Shown here: one piece after another, positions 43,684 through 52,107 of the stretch
How positions within the stretch are numbered: position 1 is the stretch's first letter
How the letters are laid out: each line of letters starts with the position of its first letter
Assembly: GCA_047285535.1 (NCBI GenBank)
Contig: JBJBDC010000001.1
Location: forward strand, 1,984,136 to 2,048,135
DNA: 64,000 nt
Reading direction: 5' to 3'
Origin: Synechococcus sp.
Lineage (GTDB): Bacteria > Cyanobacteriota > Cyanobacteriia > PCC-6307 > Cyanobiaceae
Notes under the pieces: generated by a model
The model's database searches: none
What the model was told of the DNA's origin: nothing
The model's input: the letters and a program-made list of their open reading frames with translations, nothing else
Position numbers and translations under genes: made by a program

Positions 43684-45522
43684 ATGAACAACCAACAGAA
43701 CCTCAAAACCGCCCGCACACTGATCGCAGGCGGTCTTCTCGCCAGCAGCTTGATCGCTGGAGTCAACCCAGCACATGCTGACGTCTCACAAAGCAACATC
43801 CAATCACTGAATCCAAGACAACAGAAATACAACCGATGTCCAAAGGATGCTGATTGCTACATCCTCAGCACACGCATCATCTCAGGCCAAGTCGCTGATC
43901 CAAGCGAGCTAAGCGGTGACGAAAACTACATTCTTCCAATCTGGTCAATCATTGACGGCATGGGCGTTGATGTGCACCCCCTTGCCACTGACTCCGACGA
44001 CTTCTTCAGAGTCAATATCGCCAAAAAAACCATTGGCAACATGGGAAGGCGGTTTAACCAACGCAGAACAAGCAACACAATCAAGCTGAAAACTGGACAG
44101 CCAGGAGCTTACAAACTACACCTCAATAAAGACTTTGTAGTCCCAATGTCACGCGACAAGTGGACGACCGATGGACTCATTTTTTCCGTCAACATGATGG
44201 AGCATGACAACAGCAAACGCTCCGACATTGACAGGGAATACCTTAAAAGTGCTAGACGAGTTCAAAATGGGCTACTCCGCAACGCCCAAAACGTACGGGT
44301 TGGGATGAGATCACCAACGTATTATTCAGATGCCGCAAAAGCCACTTACAAGTTCACAAAAGAAGCGGCACCCATGGCAGCCAAGGCCTACGCCGCGTAT
44401 CAAACCGGTGGAGCCGCCTCTGCCGCAGGAACTGTTGACATCAGCTCCCTACCAGGTCTATTCAAAGGCTTATGGAACGGATTGAAAAGGCTCGACAGAG
44501 ATGATGTAGGCCATCAAAAAACTGTCTACATCCCCTTCAATTCACTCCGCAACGGCGTCGAGAAAGTAAAGAAAATCTGCGGCAAAACAGATCCAGGAGC
44601 GGCCAATACAGGGAAATTTTGCATTAAAATTGGTGTCAAATTAGATCTTCATTCTCGTAAAAGTACGGCCTCCGCATTCGACAAAAAGATTGATTCTGGC
44701 ACTGGTGGAAGCAACACGGGGACCAATCCCAATCAAAACACCAAATACAAACTTGCCGGAACTTGGAAAGCCAATGACGGCGGCACCTACAAAATTACGC
44801 AATCTGGAAACCGCATTTACTGGAAAGGGAAAGGTGGCAACTTCATCAACAAATTCTCAGGTGTCATCTCCGGTCGAACCATCACCGGCAAATGGCGAGA
44901 CACTGCTTCGAGCCAAACCCAAAATCGCGGGACGCTAAAGCTGCGCATCGATAACTCAAAAAAACTGACACGCATCGGCAGAACTGGGCCTTTCACTGGC
45001 TCTGTCTGGAAGCGAGTCACAGGCAGCACAGGCAGCACAGGCAGCACGAGTCAACTCAAAGAAGATTGCCTAGCCTTCAATCCCAGAGCACTTTCAATTC
45101 GTAACCAAGGCGGGTCAGGAGGATGGACCATCACTCAAGGCAGCCGTCTTCTCTTCGCATTTGGAGATAAAAAAGCTAACGCCAAAGAAGCGCTGAAACT
45201 AATCAAGGGTTACGGCTTCAACCAATCCTGCTTTGTTGGCCGTCCTGGCCCCTCCATGAGATATCTCAAAAAAGGGACATCAGTACCCAATATTTCCAAT
45301 TCAGCGATCAAGCCGCGAGATTGCATCAACATTAACAACCGAAACTTAAGTCTTAGAAAAAGAGGAGCGAATTGGGCACTCACTGACGGGCGCTCAATCC
45401 CGCTGTCTTCTCGAAGCAAAGCTGAAATGGTTCAAGCCAAGGGAATCATCAAAAAATACGGCCTCTCCAAGCAATGCTTTGTCGGCCGCCCAAACCCACC
45501 CTTCGCTTTTTGGCTCCGCTGA
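43684..45522 (+). CDS. Secreted multidomain basic protein of unknown function
   Basis: Signal peptide (AHA|DVS), central beta-rich domain, two C-terminal DC...KxYG...CFVGRP repeats; ORF open from 43657. Confidence 0.8.
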   Translation: MNNQQNLKTARTLIAGGLLASSLIAGVNPAHADVSQSNIQSLNPRQQKYNRCPKDADCYILSTRIISGQVADPSELSGDENYILPIWSIIDGMGVDVHPLATDSDDFFRVNIAKKTIGNMGRRFNQRRTSNTIKLKTGQPGAYKLHLNKDFVVPMSRDKWTTDGLIFSVNMMEHDNSKRSDIDREYLKSARRVQNGLLRNAQNVRVGMRSPTYYSDAAKATYKFTKEAAPMAAKAYAAYQTGGAASAAGTVDISSLPGLFKGLWNGLKRLDRDDVGHQKTVYIPFNSLRNGVEKVKKICGKTDPGAANTGKFCIKIGVKLDLHSRKSTASAFDKKIDSGTGGSNTGTNPNQNTKYKLAGTWKANDGGTYKITQSGNRIYWKGKGGNFINKFSGVISGRTITGKWRDTASSQTQNRGTLKLRIDNSKKLTRIGRTGPFTGSVWKRVTGSTGSTGSTSQLKEDCLAFNPRALSIRNQGGSGGWTITQGSRLLFAFGDKKANAKEALKLIKGYGFNQSCFVGRPGPSMRYLKKGTSVPNISNSAIKPRDCININNRNLSLRKRGANWALTDGRSIPLSSRSKAEMVQAKGIIKKYGLSKQCFVGRPNPPFAFWLR

Positions 45523-45556
45523 TCTGGCAGGCAACACAACACCACTCATCAACACT

Positions 45557-45581
45557 GCCTCCGTCACAACGGGGGCTTTTT
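45557..45581 (+). terminator. Intrinsic terminator (repeated at 46243 and 46929)
   Basis: GCCTCCGT-caca-ACGGGGGC-TTTTT. Confidence 0.75.
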
Positions 45582-45641
45582 CTTGTCTGATCCCCACGCT
45601 GCCTTGCTCAAAGCCATTGCACTGGAATCACTCTCAACACC

Positions 45642-45657
45642 TGTGACCAATCTCACA
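45642..45657. promoter_or_regulatory. Perfect CRP-consensus box TGTGA-ccaatc-TCACA (also 46328 and 47014)
   Basis: Exact TGTGA-N6-TCACA between terminator and gene in each repeat unit. Confidence 0.65.
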
Positions 45658-45755
45658 AACCCCTGAGACACACCTCATCAAGTCCACTGCCGATTGAGGC
45701 GATCTTGAGTTCATCGGCGGCGCTCACCGCCCTCCACTCCTCACACTCAAATACC

Positions 45756-46208
45756 ATGAATCGCTCTCTATCCCTTCTCTCCGCATTCGCCCTCTCGTCT
45801 GCTGCTCTGCTCTCTTTTCAACCTCAAGAGGCGAAGGCGATGAACATCGCCTTCGATTGCTTTGAACGGAGCAGCGAAAAACTCATCGCACGCAGTGCGG
45901 TCGATATGACCAGCACCGCCATCAGCTGCCTCCCCGTTCCAGGCACAACCCTCACCGATGCTTCCAGCATCGATTCAGGCGACGGAGTCATTCTCGCTAA
46001 TCACACCACCACAGAAGAAGATACCTACTTTGATGAGGACGTTGCCCACGAAAATACCTATGAAGACGATGGAGGTGCCTATGAAGACGATGGAGGTGCC
46101 TATGAAGACGATGGAGATGAACGCTCCACAGGCTCAAAACTGGGGTCAGCCGTCGGAGAACACCTCGGCAAACTCTTAGGACAGGGGATTAGTGATCTCT
46201 TCCGCTGA
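45756..46208 (+). CDS. Small secreted acidic protein, copy 1 of 3
   Basis: Signal peptide (MNRSLSLL...EAKA), two-Cys domain, YEDDGGA repeats, Gly-zipper-like C-terminus; ORF open from 45705. Confidence 0.78.
   Translation: MNRSLSLLSAFALSSAALLSFQPQEAKAMNIAFDCFERSSEKLIARSAVDMTSTAISCLPVPGTTLTDASSIDSGDGVILANHTTTEEDTYFDEDVAHENTYEDDGGAYEDDGGAYEDDGDERSTGSKLGSAVGEHLGKLLGQGISDLFR
46057..46116 (+). repeat. 21-bp in-frame tandem repeat CCTATGAAGACGATGGAGGTG, ~2.9 copies (YEDDGGA), in each unit
   Basis: Direct reading. Confidence 0.9.
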
Positions 46209-46441
46209 TCTGGCAGGCAACACAACACCACTCATCAACACTGCCTCCGTCACAACGGGGGCTTTTTCTTGTCTGATCCCCACGCTGCCTTGCTCAAAGC
46301 CATTGCACTGGAATCACTCTCAACACCTGTGACCAATCTCACAAACCCCTGAGACACACCTCATCAAGTCCACTGCCGATTGAGGCGATCTTGAGTTCAT
46401 CGGCGGCGCTCACCGCCCTCCACTCCTCACACTCAAATACC

Positions 46442-46894
46442 ATGAATCGCTCTCTATCCCTTCTCTCCGCATTCGCCCTCTCGTCTGCTGCTCTGCTCTC
46501 TTTTCAACCTCAAGAGGCGAAGGCGATGAACATCGCCTTCGATTGCTTTGAACGGAGCAGCGAAAAACTCATCGCACGCAGTGCGGTCGATATGACCAGC
46601 ACCGCCATCAGCTGCCTCCCCGTTCCAGGCACAACCCTCACCGATGCTTCCAGCATCGATTCAGGCGACGGAGTCATTCTCGCTAATCACACCACCACAG
46701 AAGAAGATACCTACTTTGATGAGGACGTTGCCCACGAAAATACCTATGAAGACGATGGAGGTGCCTATGAAGACGATGGAGGTGCCTATGAAGACGATGG
46801 AGATGAACGCTCCACAGGCTCAAAACTGGGGTCAGCCGTCGGAGAACACCTCGGCAAACTCTTAGGACAGGGGATTAGTGATCTCTTCCGCTGA
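46442..46894 (+). CDS. Small secreted acidic protein, copy 2 of 3
   Basis: Identical to copy 1. Confidence 0.78.
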   Translation: MNRSLSLLSAFALSSAALLSFQPQEAKAMNIAFDCFERSSEKLIARSAVDMTSTAISCLPVPGTTLTDASSIDSGDGVILANHTTTEEDTYFDEDVAHENTYEDDGGAYEDDGGAYEDDGDERSTGSKLGSAVGEHLGKLLGQGISDLFR

Positions 46895-47127
46895 TCTGGC
46901 AGGCAACACAACACCACTCATCAACACTGCCTCCGTCACAACGGGGGCTTTTTCTTGTCTGATCCCCACGCTGCCTTGCTCAAAGCCATTGCACTGGAAT
47001 CACTCTCAACACCTGTGACCAATCTCACAAACCCCTGAGACACACCTCATCAAGTCCACTGCCGATTGAGGCGATCTTGAGTTCATCGGCGGCGCTCACC
47101 GCCCTCCACTCCTCACACTCAAATACC

Positions 47128-47580
47128 ATGAATCGCTCTCTATCCCTTCTCTCCGCATTCGCCCTCTCGTCTGCTGCTCTGCTCTCTTTTCAACCTCAAG
47201 AGGCGAAGGCGATGAACATCGCCTTCGATTGCTTTGAACGGAGCAGCGAAAAACTCATCGCACGCAGTGCGGTCGATATGACCAGCACCGCCATCAGCTG
47301 CCTCCCCGTTCCAGGCACAACCCTCACCGATGCTTCCAGCATCGATTCAGGCGACGGAGTCATTCTCGCTAATCACACCACCACAGAAGAAGATACCTAC
47401 TTTGATGAGGACGTTGCCCACGAAAATACCTATGAAGACGATGGAGGTGCCTATGAAGACGATGGAGGTGCCTATGAAGACGATGGAGATGAACGCTCCA
47501 CAGGCTCAAAACTGGGGTCAGCCGTCGGAGAACACCTCGGCAAACTCTTAGGACAGGGGATTAGTGATCTCTTCCGCTGA
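47128..47580 (+). CDS. Small secreted acidic protein, copy 3 of 3
   Basis: Identical to copy 1. Confidence 0.78.
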   Translation: MNRSLSLLSAFALSSAALLSFQPQEAKAMNIAFDCFERSSEKLIARSAVDMTSTAISCLPVPGTTLTDASSIDSGDGVILANHTTTEEDTYFDEDVAHENTYEDDGGAYEDDGGAYEDDGDERSTGSKLGSAVGEHLGKLLGQGISDLFR

Positions 47581-47758
47581 TCCTCAAAACCCCGACACAC
47601 CCTCCGCGTAGAAGCAACACTTCCGCCCTTCTCTCCAAATCAACACAGAAAGCAGGGCCTCCACAGTGCTGAAAGAGCCAACCAACAACGGCCTCGTCGC
47701 ATAGCGACACAACACCCTTCCATCGTCTTAGGCCTTTTCAGAATAAAACTGAAGGTCG

Positions 47759-48373
47759 TTGATGATTCAAGGCATGCGCATAGTCCACCCAAGCGCTGCG
47801 GCACTAATCCTCCTAGCCAGCAGCACAGTCACATTCACGCCAAAAGTCGAAGCCAACGCCTTTCGATGCTTCGATCGCCAAACCGGCCAGCTGATCGCAG
47901 TCAGCGACAAAGACATCACCACTATCAGCGTGAGCTGTCTTCCCAACGGCGGAATCAAGACCCCTCCCCGTAGGGAAAGCGACTCAGATCCCGGAAAGTT
48001 ACCACCAAGCAGAGGTTCTACAGTCAGCGAAGACTGGGCCTATGAGGATGAGGATGATTCCGGCTCTGAGCAGTCTCTCCAGTCTCCATCGGACACAAAA
48101 GTTGATCCATTGGCTGCCCGACGGGCCATCAACTTGGCTCGCGGAACTGCCGTATCAATCAATGGTGGACTGAGTCAATACCGCCCTAGTACTTGCATGT
48201 TTGCCAGCGCCATGGGCAACCCCTGCATCACTCGCTCTGATTCACAAGGCATTGTTTTCACGATTCCCGGTGGTCCTCCAGGCTGGGAACAAAACGATGA
48301 AGAGCCAAGCGTGGTCACCGTGGTAGTTATTGCACTAGACGGCCGCTCTGTCCTGGAAGCAAGTAACAACTGA
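47759..48373 (+). CDS. Secreted hypothetical protein (two-Cys N-domain, acidic linker, conserved picocyanobacterial C-domain)
   Basis: Signal peptide; AFRCFDR...SCLP; AINLARG...NGGLSQYRP..CMF...GGPPGW...DGRSV. Confidence 0.75.
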   Translation: MMIQGMRIVHPSAAALILLASSTVTFTPKVEANAFRCFDRQTGQLIAVSDKDITTISVSCLPNGGIKTPPRRESDSDPGKLPPSRGSTVSEDWAYEDEDDSGSEQSLQSPSDTKVDPLAARRAINLARGTAVSINGGLSQYRPSTCMFASAMGNPCITRSDSQGIVFTIPGGPPGWEQNDEEPSVVTVVVIALDGRSVLEASNN

Positions 48374-48381
48374 ACGAGTTT

Positions 48382-48604
48382 TTACCCTTTCAACTTTTGT
48401 CACAGAATCTGATTGGCCAATTGGGATCAGCCTTTCCACCAGTTTTCTTCATCAGTTGATCCACAAACAAGCCCTGCTGTTTGTTTTTCCACCAGGAATG
48501 CCTCAACTTCATCAGGATGGGGAGCCAGAAGCTCTTCCAAGATCACCTTCGGGGAGCCCCCCTCTCAAGAAGTTCAGGAAGTATCCCCTGTACGATCTTG
48601 CCGC
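48382..48604 (-). pseudogene. gatB: Degraded remnant of the gatB 3' end
   Basis: Aligns by eye to ~50435-50715 (agaatctgattggccaatt, ttttcttcatcag, tcatcaggatggg, ggggagccccc, cgatcttgccgc) with frameshifts and an internal deletion. Confidence 0.85.
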
Positions 48605-48799
48605 CATGACAATCATATTTATCACAAGACCTTGAATTAGAGCACTTCAACTGGACAGGGCCTAGGCCAGGAGACGCAAACGAATGGCCCAAAAAGTTAA
48701 CATCAAGGAGAAAAACATTTAAACCCTAAAACCTAATAAGACACGTTCCATATCCAAGACAAAATTACAGTCTACGAACGATATATTCTTTCGTGACAC

Positions 48800-50335
48800 C
48801 TAATCATTGAGCCCCATCTCTGCACGAAACCATTTCGTAATCACCCATTTGCTGCCAGCTTCTACAGGCATCGATTCATGTAGCGTAAATGGATTAGGAG
48901 TCCCATCTGCCTGAAGATTGTTCCATGCCAAAGCCAGCCCTTTCACGGGTGTAAAACAACGACCCAAATCCTTAAAGCAGGTCTCTCCACCGCGTTCAAC
49001 GGCATTGAGATAGACCATCACGGTCCAAGTTCTCTGACCGCCCTTCGTACTGTGTTCTTCAAATTCCTTTGAGTGAGGTGCGAACCAATCCGTATGTTCC
49101 TTGAAATATTCACCAGGGTCATAACGCTGACCCTGAATCGGTTCAGAGAGTCGAGGATCCACACCTAGGAGCGCAGCAAAGCGTCGATCAAGCTCCTCTG
49201 CCAACGCAGCATGTCTTTGGCGCAAATGGCATGTCCGGCTCGTCCGGTAATCGCTGGACCCACGGGTCACGGTGGAAGGCTGCAGTCCCTGATCGATCGC
49301 CCCAATCACGCGCTGGCATTCCTCCCAGCCCAGAAAATCAGGGATCTCATAGATCTGCGCCAACGGTGTATCCAGCTTCCAGGCCCTCGGTCGATGCTGT
49401 GGGAAGGTGAGCGGAACCTGGAACCACTGCAACATTGATGGATGGTCCGTGTTTGCACTCTTTGCCTGCATGGGAACCAGCCGCATCTCGAGTCGAGCCT
49501 CCGCTGGTGGAAGCTCCGACACAGGACTAAACGCTTGAGCGGTTGACACTGAATTCAACACCGCTTCAAGGGAATCTCGCGCGAAACCATGGGCCATCGC
49601 CCGTTCAATAATGCCTTCGCGATCACATCCACGCTCACGATTCAGGATCAACCATTCACGCCACGTTTCCGGAATTAAAGCAATTTTTTTCAAGGCTTGA
49701 TTGCTCAAACAAGCCATTTCAACACTGGAGAACTTGCTCTCTAACTGTTGATATGGAGCTGGATCCCAATCCTTGGGACGCCAATGAAAGTACATATTGC
49801 GATAAAACTCGCCTTCAAATTCAGATGCACGACCATGGGGGCAAAGGCTTTCATAAAAAAGCATGGATCCCGGCTCGAATAACACCCGATGATGAACAGC
49901 TTCGTGATCAATGAAATCCAAGGGCCAGGGCTGATTGGACTGATCAGCCACATGAACAATGCAGCTCACCACGTGGGTATCCACCCGATCGCGATGCATA
50001 TGCAACCAAGACCCAGGTCCATAACTACGAACGCCATAGCCCCAGCTTCGCTCGAGCGGCTGCCCAACCCATTGCTCCATCAAGGGGGTCAACTGGTCAT
50101 AGGCCAGTGTCATTAACTCCGCAGACATCGGCGAATAGCGCAGATCCGGTGTTTTGGATCGCACGGATGAAATTCCCGAAATCACCTCGGCTTCGAAAGA
50201 CGGATCCAACCGGGCGTCTTCCTCCACCGGTTCAAATGACATCGCCTTGTACTCATCCTCCAGAGCGTTTTGCAGGCACTGTGGAGTTGCCAGCAACCGA
50301 AAGGGAGCTGATGCGAAGCGGGGGAGTAGAACCAT
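48800..50335 (-). CDS. Tandem-domain 2OG-Fe(II) oxygenase (prolyl 4-hydroxylase-like C-domain)
   Basis: N domain HRD...HGR; C domain RTS, EHTDWF, GGQRTWTVMVYLN, GGET, HESMPV..GSKW. Confidence 0.85.
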   Translation of the reverse strand: MVLLPRFASAPFRLLATPQCLQNALEDEYKAMSFEPVEEDARLDPSFEAEVISGISSVRSKTPDLRYSPMSAELMTLAYDQLTPLMEQWVGQPLERSWGYGVRSYGPGSWLHMHRDRVDTHVVSCIVHVADQSNQPWPLDFIDHEAVHHRVLFEPGSMLFYESLCPHGRASEFEGEFYRNMYFHWRPKDWDPAPYQQLESKFSSVEMACLSNQALKKIALIPETWREWLILNRERGCDREGIIERAMAHGFARDSLEAVLNSVSTAQAFSPVSELPPAEARLEMRLVPMQAKSANTDHPSMLQWFQVPLTFPQHRPRAWKLDTPLAQIYEIPDFLGWEECQRVIGAIDQGLQPSTVTRGSSDYRTSRTCHLRQRHAALAEELDRRFAALLGVDPRLSEPIQGQRYDPGEYFKEHTDWFAPHSKEFEEHSTKGGQRTWTVMVYLNAVERGGETCFKDLGRCFTPVKGLALAWNNLQADGTPNPFTLHESMPVEAGSKWVITKWFRAEMGLND

Positions 50336-50434
50336 TCAGGCTGAGGTAGGACTCAACAAAATCTCAAACTAGAGGAAGTTCAGATCTAAAACCCCCAAAA
50401 TAATTTGATTATCAACAACGCAGCCCAACAAGTC

Positions 50435-51919
50435 TCAGCCTTTGAGCTTCTGACTGAGAATCTGATTGGCCAATTTGGGGTCAGCCTTACCACCGGTTTT
50501 CTTCATCAGCTGACCCACAAAGAAGCCCTGCAATTTGTTTTTTCCGCCACGAAAAGCTTCGACCTCATCAGGATGGGCGGCAAGAAGCTCTTCAACGATC
50601 GCAGTGATCGCTGCCGGATCACTGATCATCCCGAGTCCACGTTCATCCACAATCGCCTTGGGGGAGCCCCCCTTCTCAAGGAGCTCGGGGAGGATCTCCT
50701 TCGCGATCTTGCCGCTGATCTTGCCCCCATCAATCAGCTTGATCATCTCTGCAAGCTGTTCAGGGCGAAAGGCCAATTCAGCAAAGTTCAGGCGATTGCT
50801 ATTCACATAAGCAGCAATATCACCCGTAATCCAATTGGCCGAAAGCTTGGGGTCTGCACCGGCTTCCACAACAGATTCAAAATATTGCGCCATGGAGCGC
50901 TCATCCGTGAGAACGCGAGCGTCGTACTGCGATAAACCAAACGAATCGGCATAGCGATGACGCTTGGCAGACGGCAGCTCTGGCAACTCACTTCGCCAGG
51001 CATCACGCTGATCAGCACTCACCTCAATCGGACCCAGATCCGGATCGGGGAAATAGCGGTAATCGCTGGCACCTTCCTTGCTACGCATGCTCTTGGTGAG
51101 CTGCTTGCCTTCGTCCCAAAGACGCGTTTCCTGAACGATCGGTTCACCGGTTTCGTAGGCCTTGATCTGACGCTGAATCTCGTATTCGCAAGCCTTTTGA
51201 ATGGCCGAAAACGAGTTCATATTCTTGATCTCCACCTTCGTACCAAAGGGAGCATCGGGGCCACGACGAACCGAGATGTTCACGTCACAGCGCAAGGATC
51301 CCTCTTGCATATTTCCATCGCTCACGCCCAGATAGCGCATGATCCTGCGAATTTCAGATGCATATTCGGCGGCTTCCCGTCCGGTACGTAAATCTGGCTT
51401 GCTGACAATTTCTGCCAAAGCCACACCAGCCCGGTTGTAGTCCACCAGCGAGTGAGTGGAACCTGCCAAGCGATCACTGCCGGCATGCACCAACTTGCCT
51501 GCATCTTCTTCCATATGCAGACGCTCGATTCCTATTTTTTTGAGATAAGAGTCTTTTCCTTTCTCCGCAACTTCAACCTCGATCCAGCCGTCTTCGGCAA
51601 TTGGCTCATCGAATTGAGAAATTTGATAGTTCTTGGGCAAATCTGGATAGAAGTACTGCTTGCGATCGAATTTGCTGTGCTCAGCAATGTTCAGATTCAG
51701 AGCCATCGCTGCTTTCACGGCGTACTCGAGCACTTTTTGATTCAGAACAGGAAGCGTTCCTGGAAGGCCGCACACCACAGGGTCGATATGGGTGTTGGGG
51801 TCATCCCCAAAAGCGGTGGAGGCAGCTGTAAAAATTTTGCTGTTGGTACCCAACTGAACATGGGTCTCCAAGCCAATCACGGCTTCCCAGGCCAGTTGCG
51901 TTGCTACAGGTGCTGCCAT
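50435..51919 (-). CDS. gatB: Asp/Glu-tRNA amidotransferase subunit B
   Basis: VIGLETHVQL, YFYPDLPK, HMEEDAGK, GSLRCDVN, YRYFPDPDL. Confidence 0.98.
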   Translation of the reverse strand: MAAPVATQLAWEAVIGLETHVQLGTNSKIFTAASTAFGDDPNTHIDPVVCGLPGTLPVLNQKVLEYAVKAAMALNLNIAEHSKFDRKQYFYPDLPKNYQISQFDEPIAEDGWIEVEVAEKGKDSYLKKIGIERLHMEEDAGKLVHAGSDRLAGSTHSLVDYNRAGVALAEIVSKPDLRTGREAAEYASEIRRIMRYLGVSDGNMQEGSLRCDVNISVRRGPDAPFGTKVEIKNMNSFSAIQKACEYEIQRQIKAYETGEPIVQETRLWDEGKQLTKSMRSKEGASDYRYFPDPDLGPIEVSADQRDAWRSELPELPSAKRHRYADSFGLSQYDARVLTDERSMAQYFESVVEAGADPKLSANWITGDIAAYVNSNRLNFAELAFRPEQLAEMIKLIDGGKISGKIAKEILPELLEKGGSPKAIVDERGLGMISDPAAITAIVEELLAAHPDEVEAFRGGKNKLQGFFVGQLMKKTGGKADPKLANQILSQKLKG

Positions 51920-52107
51920 CAGCTGTGAGCGTCGTCAAAGACAAACAATCCTAATGGCGTTGGCATCGACCTCTATGGCTAGAGGCTGAGGCAAGGTCGT
52001 CATCCCTGCCAATCAGCAACACTCCACAATTTCATTCGAGGCCGCATCACCATCCTTAAAAAGATCAGTGGCAGAAAAGATAAAATTAGTCATCTCATGG
52101 CCGAAAA

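Larger units (their letters stand above)
45515..47582 (+). repeat. Exact tandem triplication, 3 x 686 bp plus terminal 10-bp TCCGCTGATC
   Basis: TCCGCTGATC at 45515, 46201, 46887, 47573; three identical ORFs at 686-bp spacing. Confidence 0.95.

Noticed and set aside
45958..46179. Alternative-frame 73-aa ORF with PMKTMEV repeats (three copies)
   Set aside because: Frame-shifted reading of the 21-bp repeat inside the signal-peptide gene; no support for translation
45515..47582. Possible CRISPR array or IS copies
   Set aside because: Units are identical 686-bp gene-containing blocks with no unique spacers, cas genes, terminal inverted repeats or transposase motifs
48413..48640. 75-aa plus-strand ORF
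   Set aside because: Antisense reading of the gatB remnant
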